The position numbers and the translations under genes were made by a program. From Protoeuglena noctilucae (lineage: Eukaryota), in the NCBI GenBank assembly GCA_958009085.1, contig OY253671.1, positions 558,001 to 622,000 on the forward strand: a DNA stretch of 64,000 nt, read 5' to 3'. This document shows, piece by piece, positions 36,671 through 50,500 of the stretch (the stretch's first letter is position 1; each line of letters opens with the position of its first letter). Below the pieces are notes generated by a model. It did not search any database. It had not been told where the DNA came from and worked only from the letters and a program-made list of their open reading frames with translations.

Positions 36671-39369
36671 TCATGCAACGCCGCCCGACTTTAGCAACTT
36701 CTTGTACTCATCGAAGGTGCCCGGGAAGGGCTTGACGCGCTGGTCAGCGACGACCCACAGCTCCTCCATGCACGCCTCGATCAGGTGCTGGTCGTGCGAG
36801 ACCATGACGATGGCGCCCGGGAAGGTGTTGAGGGCGTCGGCGAGGGCGTCCACGCTGTCGATATCCAGGTGGTTGGACGGCTCGTCGAGGAGGAGGGCGT
36901 GCGGCTTGATCCACGTGACCTTGGCCAGCGCCACCCGGGACTTCTGCCCGCCCGACAGCGTGTACAGCGGCTGCAGGGCCATGTCGCCCGTCACGCCGAA
37001 GCAGCCCAGATGCGAGCGCAGCTCCTTCGAGTCCGCCTTCGGGAACGCCTTCTCCAGCGCCGCGAGAGCCGTGAGGTGGAGCTCCAGGCTGTCCACGTGG
37101 TGCTGGGAGAAGACGCCCCATCGGATGCGCAGGTCGCGGTAGCAGATCCCCCGCGTCGGCTCCAGCTCCCCGACCATGAGCTTGATCAGCGTAGACTTGC
37201 CTGCGGCGGCGCGCCCGAGCCCTCCCGTGGCGGGCGTGGCGGCCGGCACAGGCAACACGATCGCGGCGCGCGCGGCTCACCTGCGCCGTTGGCGCCGACC
37301 AGCGCGATGCGGGACCGGCTGTCGATGCCGAACGAGACGTTCTTGAACAGCATGGGCCCGTTGGCGTAGTTGAAGGCCACGTCGTCGAAGTTGACCACGT
37401 TGCTGATCTCGCCCGCGTCCGTCGCGGGGAACTTGAAGTTGACCTCCGTCTCCGGGGCGTCCATGTCGACGGGCGTCATCTTCGCCAGGGCCTTGATCCG
37501 CGACTGCACGAGGCTGGCCCGCTTGGCGTTGAAGCGGAACTTGTCGATGAACTGCTGCATCTGCGCCTGGCGCTTCTGCTGCGACTCCGCGGCCTTCTCC
37601 GCGTTCGCGGCGCGCTCCTGCCGCGTGGCGATGAACTCGTTGAAGTTGCCGCGGTACTGCACCAGCACCCGCTCGTGCAGGTGGACGATGTCGGTGCACA
37701 CGGCGTTGAGGAACTCCCGGGCGTGCGACACGATCACGACCGTCTTGGGCCACGCCGCCAGGTAGGACTCCAGCCACAGGACGGCGTGCAAGTCCAGGTG
37801 GTTCTGCAAGGGAGCCCATGCGGTGCTGGTGTCAGTTGCCGGAGCCATGCCATCCCGACTGCACCATGGTGGGCACAACTCGGTCCCCGCTCACCGTAGG
37901 TTCGTCGAGTAGCAGGAGGTCTGGCTCGCAGAAGAGGGCCTGGGCCAGGGCAATGCGCATGCGCCAGCCGCCCGAGAAACTCTTGGTCGGCATGTGCTGC
38001 ATCTCGCTCGTGAACTGCAGGCCAGCCAGGACCTGCGCGGCCCTCGCCGGCGCGCCCTCGCAGTCGATCTCCTCCATGCGCCGGTGCACGGCCGCCAGAG
38101 CCTCCACCGCCCCCTGCCCCGTGGCCGGCCGGCCGTCCGCCCCACTCAGCGCCGCAGTGCTCGAGGCCGGCGTGTGCCCGGCCGTCGCCAACCCTCGCGC
38201 CTCTTCCTCCTCCACGAGTCGCAGCAGCTCCCGCTCCCTCCTGCACAGGTCACCGAGGATACGAGCGTACGTCCCGCAGGGTGCAAGTGCCCCATCAGAA
38301 CCGAGCCAGAGCTCCCCCGTGACAGCCCTTGCCAAACGAGCGCAGATGTGTTGCCAGCAGCCGCGCCTGCCCCTCACTGCATGAGCTCCAGGCGCTCCAC
38401 GTCGCACTCGAGGACGGTCTGCAATGCCGGCGTGTCGTCTCCCCGGACCTCCTGCGCCACGTGCAGCACGGTGATGTTCTCCGTGAGGCCGTCTACCTGG
38501 TACTTGGCCATGGCACGCAGGAAGGTCGTCTTCCCCATGCCGTTCCGCCCCACGAGGCCGTACTTGCGCCCGTAGGCCAGCGTGACGTTCGAGTCGTGGA
38601 TGAGCTCCCGCCCGCCGTTCGAAACCGTCACGCGGTCCAGCTGGATGTCCTGCGCACACGAAACGCGAGCGGCAGCGCGTCGGCCGGGCCGCGGGCTTCC
38701 CCCAGGCATCCCATCCGGCGTCATGCCCTCTGCCCACGCACCCGTGGCCCAGCGGTGCCGCGGTCGGGGCGCATGAGCACCGGCTTGTCCTCCTCCTGCT
38801 GTACCACTATCCGGGCGAGGTGCTGCTCCATGCCCATCAGCGCCAGCTTCTCCTCCTTCTGCCGCCGCTTCTCGAGCTTCTTGAAGTCCTGCGCGACGCG
38901 GGCCGGGCCCGGGGTGGGCGGCGCGCGATGCCAGGGCAACCGAGCGCCGTTCACCGCACAGGTGGCTCGCCTTGGTCTGGCCGACCGTCCAGTCCTCCTC
39001 GAGCTTGGTGCGCACGATGCTCGACACGTCTAACTTCTCGAAGAGCGTCTTCTCCTGGTTCTCGGACATCTTCACCGGACCGCTCTCGAGCGCCCGGAAG
39101 GCCCGCGCCCGCTCCTTCTGCGTGCCGCCCGCGCTGTCGCCCTTGATGGCCCGGGCGAGCGCAGCACATACGTCGGCCGCCTCCTGCGCCGTCGAGCAGA
39201 AGCCTCCCTCCACGAGGATCTCCCCCACCGCGTCGTTGATGCCATCTCCGTTGCGCCCGTAGTCAAAGTCCTCGTCCTGAAGGATGCTCACGACGTAGTC
39301 CACGATCGTCTCGTCGCCCCCCCGGCCGCCGATGGCCCGCTGCACCTCGTCCGCCACCGACACCGTCAT
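36671..39369 (-). CDS. ABCF3: ABC-F ATPase (ABCF3/GCN20-like)
   Basis: Exons 39369-38971, 38888-38742, 38649-38378, 38240-37895, 37803-37281, 37200-36671. Two NBDs ([43 protein letters not shown]) and no TM segments. GC donor at 38970. Confidence 0.93.
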
Positions 39370-39748
39370 GGTCACCACCGCCTCTGACAGTCGCCCTCAG
39401 GCCGCCACCAGCAACTGAAAGCGCCTGCTCCCGGAGACTGGCCCAAACGGCGGAGATGAGCCACTTGTGGGTCGCCTCGGGACCGCCAATGATGCCGATG
39501 CACGCGAATGGCAATCACGATTGCGATGGGATCGGGTCTGCCGCCCATCTCTCTCAACCGCGCCCCTGTCGGACGCCAGTCGACGCTGGAGACCCGTTTC
39601 CCGGCCCGAAGGGCCCTGCGACGCGCAGTTTCGAGGTCTCCGCGAATCCTTCACCTTCAGTATAATCCGTTGCGGTCGCCCGCAGCCCGACCAGAGACTC
39701 CCCGGCTTCGTTGCGCAAACCCGCGCCTGTGCGAGTAGGGGAGCAGGG

Positions 39749-40649
39749 ATGGCGAGGGCGGACTACGTGCTCTCGAAGGTGGACAAGGTCATCAACTGGG
39801 CGAGGCAAGTGGGGCGCGGTGGGGCGCGGGGGACACGTGCACGCGTGAACGCGCCTGGCCCCGCGTTTGTCGGCCGTCCCGTGGCAGCTCCCTGGCAACA
39901 ATCGTTTACTCGTGCGCGCAGGACGGGTTCGCTGTGGCCGATGACCTTCGGGCTCGCGTGCTGCGCCGTGGAGATGATGCACGCCGGGGCAGCGCGCTAC
40001 GACCTGGACCGGTGAGGCCGCCTCCGCCTCCCCGCTCCCTGCCGTGACACCGTTGCGTGTATCCACGGACGCTGGCCTGAACTCGGCCCCTCGAGTCGCC
40101 GCGCAGGTTCGGGATGATCTTCCGTCCGTCGCCCCGGCAGTCCGACTGCATGATCGTCGCCGGGACGCTCACGAACAAGATGGCCCCAGCGCTGCGCAAG
40201 GCGAGCGAAGTTTTGCGCCTGTTGCCATGGGCGTCGGCGGCCCTGGCGCGCCGCGCGGTCGCCAGGACTGGCGCGAGGCGTCATCCCTGCCTGTCGTGTG
40301 CTCGTTCACCTGCAGGTGTACGACCAGATGCCCGAGCCCCGCTGGGTCATTTCCATGGGGTCTTGTGCGAACGGCGGGGGCTACTACCACTACTCGTACT
40401 CGGTGGTTCGGGGTTGCGACCGCATCGTGAGTGGCAGTGGCTGGGCAGCGCGATGCCGGCGCCTGGACCCAGTCCTCGCTGACCTTTGTGTGGCTGACGC
40501 CGCCGCTGCGCCGCTTGCAGGTCCCCGTCGACGTCTACGTGCCGGGGTGCCCGCCCACGGCGGAGGGGCTGCTGTACGGGCTCTTGCAGCTGCAGAAGAA
40601 GATTCGGCGCATGAACAAGGCCACGACCTTCTACTACGAGGAGGCGTGA
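39749..40649 (+). CDS. NDUFS7: Mitochondrial complex I PSST subunit (NDUFS7/NuoB)
   Basis: Exons 39749-39804, 39922-40011, 40107-40200, 40316-40426, 40521-40649. Motifs [45 protein letters not shown] donors at 39805 and 40201. Confidence 0.96.
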
Positions 40650-40728
40650 ATGTATGGGGTGGCTTTGGTAGGACGTGCTAGCTTGAAACCCGCTCTGCAT
40701 CGGCACGCGTGTGAGGTTCGCGAGCTCG

Positions 40729-42366
40729 TCACATGCACTGCTTGAGCGCGTCTCCCTGGCCCTGGAAGAAGAGATAGCTGAGGAAGAAATCCGCGACGAA
40801 GATGCAGACCAGGGAGATGACCACGGCACTGCGAGGGCGGGCGAGGGCCAGCTGGTGCGATCTGGTGCGACTTGCATCAGCTGAGGAGCTCCCTCCTTGA
40901 GAAACGTTCCGCAGCGGCACTTGAGCCTGCTCGCTTGTTAGGCTTGGCCGCATCCTCACCTGGTGGTGCCCTCGCCGACGCCCTTGGCCCCACCCGAGGT
41001 TGTGAAGCCCCACGCGCACGAGATGACAGCGATCACGCCGCCAAAGATGACAGACTTGATCTGCGGAAGCATAGGCAATCGCAAGGGTCAGCCATGCAAC
41101 CTGCGTGCGACCACTCTTGGCTCTCGTCCCGCTAGGGCAGCCGCTCACCTGCGAACTGACCACGTCCCAGAGGGTGGTAGCCCGCGCCGCCGAGTCGAGG
41201 ATGATGTTGGCGTTGACGGAGTAGACGACCTCAGCCAGGAAGGTGGAAGCCGCCATGCCCGTGGCGAAGCATAGGATGTTGAGGATGGGCATGGCCACCA
41301 TGCACGCGAGGACCCTCGGAGAGATGAGGTAGTCGACGGGATCGCTCCCGAGGACCCGCAGCGTGTCCGTCTGCTCAGACACCTGCATGGTTCCGAGCTC
41401 GGCCGCAAAGGCGCTCCCCACCCGCCCGGCCAGGATGATGGCTGTGACCACCGGGGTCAGCTCGCGGCAGAGAGCGAGAGACAAGACCCCGCCGACGGAT
41501 CGCGTCAGCCCCAGCTTGGCGAATTCCCTGCGAGGTGCCGAGGGATGGTGCCGAACATAAACACCGCACCGGAGGGTCCCCGAACCCATGCCCCCGTCTA
41601 ACCCAGGCGCAGGCCTCACCGCACGAACTGGATCGTGAACACCATGCCTACGAAGGCAGAGGTGAGAAGCGCCACGCCCAGGGACCGCGGGCCCACGACC
41701 GTCAGCTGGTCGATGAAGTTGCGGCGGTGGACTTTCAGGAGGAACGCCCGGCGAAGCACGAGACCTGCGGAACGCGAGCGGCATTGCAAGGTATAACGAT
41801 GCCCTCTCGACCAGGACAATGCCACGGTGCAGCCAGACAGCCGCCCTGCGCTTCGCACTGACCAAAGAACGTGACTGCTGCAAAGCCCCTCCACATCCAC
41901 GTGGGAGGCTGCCAGGAGTCCACCAGGCGCGCCAGCCACGACTTCTCGACCACCTCAGGCACCGAGGCGCCTCCATCCTCGCTCGCAGCGCCGCCCGTGG
42001 CCGCGGCACGGCGTGCATCCCCCCGCGTCGCTCTTTGAGGCCACGCCCTTCCAAGGGCGCCGGCGATGTCGAGTCTGATGGCGAGAACGCATCGATTGCA
42101 TGGTGAGCAACATCAATAGGGCCCGTTCGCGCCACCGTCTTCCTTCGTTCGCGGAAACGTTCGCTTCAGGTCCGTCAAGCGGATTGAAACGCTCACCTCC
42201 GGCCATTGGACAAGCAGGGCCTGAGACGAGCCGACGTCAACTCGGAGTCGAAGGCGGACGGCGTGGATGGGCGAGGCGTCTCTGCGCCCTTACGCGGGCA
42301 GAGGTGCCCTCGCCATGGCGCCCTGGGTCCCCCCACGACCCCAGCGGTCAAGACGACGCCATTCAT
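40729..42366 (-). CDS. TGD1: Plastid lipid ABC transporter permease TGD1 (MlaE family)
   Basis: Exons 42366-42197, 42074-41863, 41764-41620, 41527-41149, 41060-40960, 40828-40729. Motifs VGMVFTIQFVREF, RELTPVVTAIILAGRVGSAFAAELGTMQVSEQTDTLRVLG, GGAKGVGEGTTSAVV. The transit-peptide exon is less certain. Confidence 0.92.
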
Positions 42367-43104
42367 CCCGCCATGCACTCGAGGACCCCAGCCAGCGCTC
42401 GTTGACGTCGCTCGGCGGAGCCGAGACCCAGGCTGAGCACTCGGAAACCAGACACACGGGTCAAAGCGCCGGGAGTCACGAGGGCAGCCGCGATGGAGGG
42501 GAGCGGGGGTGCGGGCGGACGAAAAAGACCGAGACGCCCCGCAGCAAACGAACGTGGCAACGAATTGCCACGCAAATGGCACAGGTGCACAGACACTGGC
42601 GACGAGTGCTGCCAGTTTCAGCTGGAGGAGAGCACCAAGCAAGCCCCCTGCGGGCTACTGTGGCCATTGCCGTGTCAGGGCCCGCGTGGGCAAGCTGCCC
42701 CGCTGGCGAGCTGGTCTGAGTGCCCACAGCAAGAGAGGGTGTGGAGGAACAAAATGCGCACGGGCTGCGCTTTCGCCATCAAGACGCTGCAGGTGACGTC
42801 CGTAATCCTGCTGGATCTCACGAAACCGAGTTGCCGCGGCGAGCGTCGGGGGCTCGGCAAGTTGGGACGCCACGCCTTACCCATATGGCCGCGACTGCTC
42901 CGGGCATATCATCGCCCGTTATGGGAACTGCACGATTGCGAGTGACTTGCGGACACCAGCGCTGCGTCGCGCTGGGTCCGATGTGCCTGGCGGCGCTGGC
43001 ATTGAGCGCTGTTCGGCCAGCGTTGCAGGGACCCCGCGGGCGCTTGAGCAGGTGGTTTGGGTGCGCTTCTAATGGTCCAACACATCTCTTAGCAACAGAA
43101 CAAC

Positions 43105-46100
43105 ATGGCATTGTTCACCTCGACCTCGTCCCGGCGCCATCGACGCGGAGGCAGTGCCGAGGACAGCAGTGGCTCCCGTTTCACGCCGCAGAGCCTCGCG
43201 CGGAGAGCGAGACTGGCTGAGCGCAGGACAAACCGTCTGCAGAATGCACGGCTGGGCTGCTCGGCTCTCGGAGAGAGCGGCGCACGGGCGGAGAGGGATG
43301 GGGGCAGGGGCCCCACGTGCCGTGCGGCCAGGTGCCTTGCCTGCGCCGGCCCCTTGCCCGTCCGTCTCGTCCCGCTCGTCCCTTCGCTCACCTCCATGCG
43401 TCTCCCCTCCCGCAGCGTCGCCTCCGAGGCCCGCCCGGCCCCCGCCCACGCCGCGTCTCCGCCGGGCCCGGCGCAGGGCCCGACCTTCCAGGAGGCCATC
43501 CAGCGCCTGCAGGACTACTGGAGCCGCCAGGGCTGCGCCGTGTGGCTGCCGCACAACACCGAGGTCGGCGCAGGCACCATGAACCCCGCGACCTTCCTCC
43601 GGGTGCTGGGCCCTGAGCCGTGGAACGTGGCATATGCCGAGCCCTCCATTCGCCCAGACGACTCCCGCTACGGGGACAACCCCAACCGCGTGCAGCGGCA
43701 CACCCAGTACCAGGTCATCCTGAAACCCGACCCGGGCAACTCCCAGGAGCTCTTCCTGGGCTCTCTGGAGGCGCTGGGCATCGACACGCGCAAGCACGAC
43801 GTGAGGTTCGTGGAGGACAATTGGGAGTCGCCTGCGCTCGGGGCATGGGGTCTGGGATGGGAGGTCTGGCTGGACGGGATGGAGGTCACGCAGGCGAGGG
43901 ACAGCATGCGTGGGAGGATAGGCGATGATGACACATGCGGTGTGCGGCTCCCGTCACGCTGGGGGCGACGCTGAGGTGCCATGACGCGCGTCCGCCGCCT
44001 TCTCGCCGCAGTTCACATACTTCCAGCAGGCCGGCAGCAACGCGCTGGCTGTGCCCGCGGTGGAAATTACCTACGGCCTCGAGCGTATCGTGATGTCGCT
44101 CCAGGGCGTGACGCACTTCAAGGACATCCGGTACAACGACACGGTGAAGTACGGCGAGATGTTCCTGCAGAACGAATACGAGATGTCCGTCTTCAACCTG
44201 GACGAGGCCGACGTCGAGGACCAACGCAAGCGTTTCGCGCTGTTTGAGAAGGAGGCACGGCGGCTGCTGGAGAAGCGCCTGCCCATCCCCGCCTATGACC
44301 ACATTCTCAAGGTGACGCGAGGCCCATGGACAGGCTATGGGATGGGAGAGAGCTCTCATGGAGTGGACAGTGCGTTGGCATGAGGCCGTCTGCACCGCGG
44401 ATGCGCTGGAAGTTACGATCTGTGCCTGCGCTGCTGCCCGCAGATGTCCCACGCCTTCAACGTCCTCGACGCCCGCGGCGCCGTCGGCGTCACGGAGCGC
44501 GCCGCGTGCTTCGCTGCGCTGCGGTACCTGTCACGCGAGGTCGCCAAGCTGTGGGTGGAGCGACGGGGAGAGCTGGGCCACCCGCTGGGCCAAGTGCAGG
44601 AGCCCGCGGCCCCGCACGTGACGGTCGACGTCTCCCAGGCACCCACGGCGCCCGCCGACTTCGTCCTTGAGATTGGCACGGAGGAGCTCCCGCCCGACGA
44701 GGTGGACAACGCTCTGGAACAGCTGAGGGCAGCGGTGCCCAAAGCCCTCCAGGCGCTGCGGCTCGAGCACGGCGCGATCGAGGTCGACGGGACGCCGAGG
44801 AGGCTCGCGGTCATCGTCTCGGTGCGTTGCGTGGACCATGCCATGCCGCGGCAATCGATCCTCGGCCCTGCAGAGCGTCCCTGGCTCCAGCAGGCTGAGG
44901 GTGGCAATCAGAGGAATGCGATGTGTTCTGGACTCTTATCCCGCTGCGCTTGCAGGATTTGGCCCCGCGCCAGCCGGACCTGAAGGAGCGGGTGCGGGGA
45001 CCCCCCATGAAGGCGGCCCTCAAGGACGGCCAGCCTACCAAGGCGGCGGAGGGTTTCTGTCGCAAGAACGGCGTGGCCGTGGAGAGCCTCGAGGTCGAGG
45101 GGGACTACGTCTGGGCCACGGTCGAGTCCAAGGGCCAGCCTGCCGCGGCGGTTCTGGCAGAGGTGAGCTGTGCCAGAACCTGGCTGTGCTGGCTGAGTTG
45201 GAGTACCCTTGGCAGTTTGTGCAGTGCGCGGCGCTCGCCTGCCCAGCCTCCTGACCAGGCCCACAGCCATATATAGCGGGACTGACACGCACAGCGATTG
45301 CCGGGCATAGCAACACGCGCTCAGTCGGAAGCGGGTGCCCGTGTGTCGCAGGCGCTCCCGGGTCTGATCTCGGGGCTGTCCTTCCGCAAGTCCATGCGGT
45401 GGGACACGCAGCTGTCCTTCTCGCGCCCTGTTCGGTGGCTCGTCGCCATGCATGGGGCGTGCCCGGTGCCCGCCGTGTGGGGCACGCTGGTGGCTGGCCG
45501 TACGACGCGAGTGCTGCGGAACGCGGACGAGCCGGCGGTGGACCTGGAGAGCGCCTCGGACTACCGCCGGGTGATGGAGAGCGCCGGGATCGACTATCGT
45601 GTCGAGAGCCGCCGGCAGGGCATCTGGGAGGCCGCGCAGGCGGTGGCCTCTGGGCTGGGGACCATCCCGGAGTCGGCAAAGGGCGACCTTCTCAAGGAGG
45701 TATCGAACCTCGTCGAGTCTCCCACCGTGGGTGAGCTGCGCCGCACACCCGGCGACATGGGACAGGCGCTGGGTGGCGCCGAGCACCCTGGACCACCCTG
45801 GGTACGAGATGCTGGGCGCTGCCGCCCGCAGTGATGGGGTCGTTCGACGAGGACTTTTTGGAGCTGCCGCCCGAGGTTTTAGTGATGGTGATGCGGAAGC
45901 ACCAGCGGTACTTCCCGGTCTATGACGGCAAGGCACTCAAGCCGTGCTTTGTGACGGTGGCCAATGGACCCATCGACGAGGACGCCGTGCGGGAGGGCAA
46001 CCAGGCGGTGCTGAGGCGAGTGCAGACCCTAGCTGCGTACCTTGCTTGCGTGCTTACGATTGCCCTTCAAACGAGCATGGCGTGGCTGCCTGGACGCAGG

Positions 46101-47201
46101 GCCCGGTTCTCGGACGCGCGCTTCTTCTACCAGGACGACCTCAAGACTCGACTGGAGGACGTGAGGCCGCGCCTGGCCAACACGCTCTTCCAGAAGGACC
46201 TCGGGTCTCTGCTGGACAAGGCAGAGCGGGTGGAGAAGATCGCACCGGGGCTTGCGAGGGCCATGGGGCTCGGGGAGCACGCGGAGGTGGCGGGGCAGGC
46301 GGCGCGGCTGGCGAGGGCCGACCTGGCGACCAGCATGGTCATGGAGATGACGGCTCTGGCGGGCACCATGGGCCGGCACTATGCCGAGAAGGAGGGGCTG
46401 CCCCCAGCCGTGTGCGAGGCCATCTTCGAGTCGGTGCTGCCCCGGTCGGCCGACGACGCCGTGGCGCGGACCGGGCCGGGCATCGTGGTGTCCGTGGCGG
46501 ACAAGGCCGACTCGCTCGTGGGGCTGTTCGCGGCCAAGTGTGCCCCCACCGCCAGCGCGGACCCCTACGGCCTGCGCCGGGCGGCCCTGGGTCTCCTGCA
46601 GACTCTCGTGGAGAACGGCGTGCGCGCGTCCCTGCGCCAGGTGCTGGGGCAGGCAGCCGCGGTGCAGCCGGTGGCCGTGTCGCCCGCGCTGGCGGCCGAG
46701 GTGGAGGGCTTTGTGCAGAAGCGACTGGAGCAGATGCTCGTGGACCGCGGGTGCGCGGTGGAGGCGGTGCGGGCCGTCCTGGCCGAGCGCGGCGACGACC
46801 CGGCCCTGGCCGCGGCGTCGGCGGCGGACCTTGACCGGGAGATGCGCGAGGGCGGGCGCCTGGGTGCGGCGATGGAGGCGCTGGCGCGGCCCACGCGCCT
46901 CGCCCGGGGCAAGGACATCGACGCCGAGGCGCGCGTGGACCCCGCGCTGTTCGAGAAGGACGAGGAGCGGGCCCTCTACGAGGCGGTGGAGGCCGCCAAG
47001 GGAGCGCTGCGGCCGGGCATGGCGGTCGGGGTCTTCCTGGAGGCTGCCGCGCCCCTCTGCGCCCCCGTCGCGGCCTTCATGGACAACGTCTTCGTCATGG
47101 CCGAGGACCCCGCCGTGCGCCGCAACCGCCTGGCGCTCCTTCGCGACGCCTCGCAGCTCGCGTCGGGCGTGCTGGACCTGTCGCAGCTCCCGGGGTTCTG
47201 A
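43105..47201 (+). CDS. Organellar glycine--tRNA ligase, bacterial-type fused alpha-beta (EDD1-like)
   Basis: 8 exons. Alpha part: [48 protein letters not shown]. Beta part: [34 protein letters not shown] donors at 43894 and 46016. Confidence 0.95.
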
Positions 47202-47575
47202 TTTGAAGTGGCGCGTAGTGATTGGAAGCGCGCTGGGAAGCACCGGCGGGCCCTGCTCTCGGCAGGGTCTCTTGAATCTGATCCTGCCGCCTATGTCGTG
47301 GGTGGTCGCGACACCAACGTCGTTGCATTGCTGCTCCACGAGGGCCAGTCGTCAACGTGAAAGCCCAGGTCCGATTCAAGGGTGCGCACTGGGTGCTGCA
47401 CTTGCACGTGTGGTGCCGACATCCACAAGACATGACATTGCTCAGCAAAGGGGGCGGAGGTGGGAGGGACGAGGCTAGGTCTAGACGTCTCATGGAATAC
47501 ACATAGTCAACTTTTGATGCATCACAGGATCGCGAACACGAAAGGGCGACACGCGGCGTGGCTGACGAAGCGCCA

Positions 47576-50500
47576 TCAGTCGTCTCTCTCCAGCGTGAGG
47601 CACGTGCCCCTCATCACCCAGTGCGAGGGGTCCAGGGTCGTGGGCATGGAGATGCTGATGACGTAGTTAGTCGAGTGGCCCGTCGTCGTCAGCTGCCCGC
47701 GCCTCTCGGTGGTCCGGTACAGGGGACACTCGTAGGCACCAATTGCGTTCGGCTCGAACCCGCGCGTAGGGCGCAGCAGCACCATGGGCGCAGGGGTGAA
47801 CAGCTCCCGCGGCCGCGCCTCGACCAGCGTGCCGCTCTCCAGGTCCCACGCGGCCCCTTCCAGGTACATCCCTCGCACCAGGGCGCCGTCCACCGGGCGC
47901 CGGGTGCGGTCCTCCAGGAGCGGCTCCCACATGCCCTGCATCTCGTACGCGTACGCGACCGTGTCGATCGGGATGCGGTGCTTGCGCGCGTAGTTCTGCC
48001 TGCGGGCGGGACGGGAGGGCGGCAGGGCGATGAGTCGTCCTGCGTGTGTGGGCTGTGCCGCAACATGTTGGCACCCCAGGCCACCGCAAGGCCGCTCGCC
48101 TAATGGCGGTGAGGAAGGAGTGGGTGAAGAAGAATCCGGAGAGCCAGTAGATGGCGGGCGGGTGGGTGTCGATCCACCGTTGGAACTCGTGGATGCGCAT
48201 GAGTAGCAAGTCAAAGTACGACCCAAGGGGCTTCAGGGACGGGTAGGACTTGGCCAGCCAGGCCGCGGGGACGGCGCCGACGACGAAAGACTTGAACACG
48301 TCGTCGAGCTCCCGCGTCATGACCACCACGCCGTCAATGGCCCTCTGCAGCTCGTGCAGCGACGAGCGGATCTCGCGCAGCAGGCGATTGTACCGCACCA
48401 CCTCCTGGTTCACCACCTGGTTCATCGACTGGTTGTAGTCGGGCGGGTACTTGTCCGCCGCACGCGCCGCGTCCAGGTCCTGCGAGTGAGCCAAAGCAAC
48501 GCGAGTCAGAGACACGGTGCGAAAGGTACACCACCTGCGGTGCAGCATCGGCACAGCGACGCGGCAGCTGTGCAGGGGTGTAAGCGCTGGCTGCGGCACG
48601 GCAGTGCCGCCTCAGGCCAGTCGCCCCATCTCAGATCTCCGGCACTACCGCAGCTCCTCACCTGGGGCAGCCTCGAGGCCATGTCGGCGCAGATCTGGTG
48701 CACGAGCTGCTCCTCCACCCGCATGTCCGCCTGCTTCCGCACCGCCGACCCCGTCACCGCGTCCGCCAGGTCCTCCAGCAGCGCCGTGGCCTCCTGCAGG
48801 TCCTTGGCGATGTCGGCGTTGCGGTGCAGCCCCAGGCACTCGGGGCTCGCGGTGGGCGGGAGGCCGTGAACGGCCGCGTGGAGGTCTTCCAACGCAAAGC
48901 CCCCGGGCGGCACGAAGGGCCCCGCGGGGTCGATGAGCGGCGCCGGCTGCAGCGAGGCCAGGTCCGTTGTGAAGATGCTCTCCAGCAGCGTGGCCATGAG
49001 CCGCCGGTCCTTGTCGTCCGTGACGCGCCCGCCGTAGTTGATCTCGCCGACGATGTACTTGATCGCCTTGAGCGGGTGCTCCTGCCCCGGCGCCGCCTGC
49101 ATCAGCAGGTTGCGCAGCTGCGTGAGCGAGATGGTAAAGTCACCGTCGCTGAAGGAGTAGGGCACGCTCCACCCCGCGGGGCCGTAGCCGCCGCGCTCCT
49201 TGACCACCGCGTGGAGGAAGGAGAGGGCGTAGACGAAGCGAGCGAAGGACTGGTGGCGCACGGACGCGGGGTCCTCGTCCGCCTCGGGCCAGAGGCCCCG
49301 CTGCCGCATAGCGTCCATGTTCAGGCACCGCAGCATGTTGGCCTTCATGCCCTGCTGGGGCTCGTTGCAGACCTTGATGGCCTCGCGCAGCAGGTAAAGC
49401 GGCATGTCGCCCGTGGGCATGCTCGTGATGAGCAGGCGGAACTGACGATTTGTCTCCTCGGGCGAGAGGTTGCGAAGGAAGCGCTCCAGCCAGGGCAGCC
49501 AGCTGGGCGCCAGGTGGGCGTTCTGGAGCACCACCCAGTCGCCGTCGCGCACCGCCGGGCCCAGGACGCGCTCCGCCTTGGGGCCCTGCCCGCGGCCCAG
49601 CGACACGCTCACGACGCTCTTGCGCATGCCCACGCGCTCGGCGTACTGCCAGATGGCCTGGATCGGGTCCAGACCGGGCGCCAGGAGGAAAATCATCGGG
49701 CGCGTCGACGTGCTGTGCGCGAACACCTGCTCCATGTCGAGCGGCGGCGGCTCCGTGAAGCGCGCGCCGAGCGTCTCGGACACAAACGCCCGGGCGGCGC
49801 GCACGGTCAGGTCCGGCCGCAGCGCCCGCACCACCAGGAGGCGGTCCCAGGCGTCCAGCTGCGGCCCCTCCTCCAGGGACCCCCGGGGCAGGCCGGCGCA
49901 GGACTCGTCCATGTCGTCGATCGCAGCCCGGGCGGGCGGCAGGGCGTTGTACACGGCCTCGGGCAGGCCGTGGAGCCTCGGGTGCACGGCGGCGAGGCGG
50001 CAGACGCGGAACCACGTGGACTGGGCCATCCAGGCGGGCGGCGAGGCCTCGCGGGGGTGGCGCGCCGTGCTCTGCCCGCCGGACAGCAGGAACCGGACCT
50101 GCTCCGGGACGGATCCCGCGGCGGGCCCCGGGTCGCGCTGCTTGAGCCGCACGGCGACAAGCGTGGTGAAGGTGAGCTTGTCCCGTGCGAAGAGGCCCAT
50201 GCAGACGTTCTCGAACACGGTCCAGAGGAGCTCGGCGCTGATGGCGGCCAACCGGCGGGGGACGTCGTGGCTGGCCGGGGCGCGCTTGATGGACGCCACG
50301 AACAGCCCCACAAACCAGTCGAGGCTGAAGACGTACATGGGGTCGAGGGCGTTGAGGTCTTGCGTGCAGAAGAAGAGCATCGCCGCGTACAGGCCGACCT
50401 TGTGGAACAGCCGCCGGGCCTCCTCCAGTCGCTCCTGGGCGGCCTCGATGCCGCGGTTCTTCTCCTTGACCTCCAGAGACAACCGCTTCGACTCCTGCGG

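Noticed and set aside
39749..39804. PSST apparently lacks a cleavable presequence
   Set aside because: An upstream exon cannot be excluded, and I recall short algal PSST forms. Not supportable as novel.
42880..42925. Imperfect hairpin (CCCATA..CGGGC..GCCCG..TATGGG) in the TGD1/GlyRS intergenic region
   Set aside because: Short asymmetric stems with no snoRNA, SECIS or snRNA motifs.
43105..47201. Bacterial-type fused glyQS as recent horizontal transfer
   Set aside because: This is the standard organellar GlyRS of the green lineage, with a transit peptide and 7 introns.
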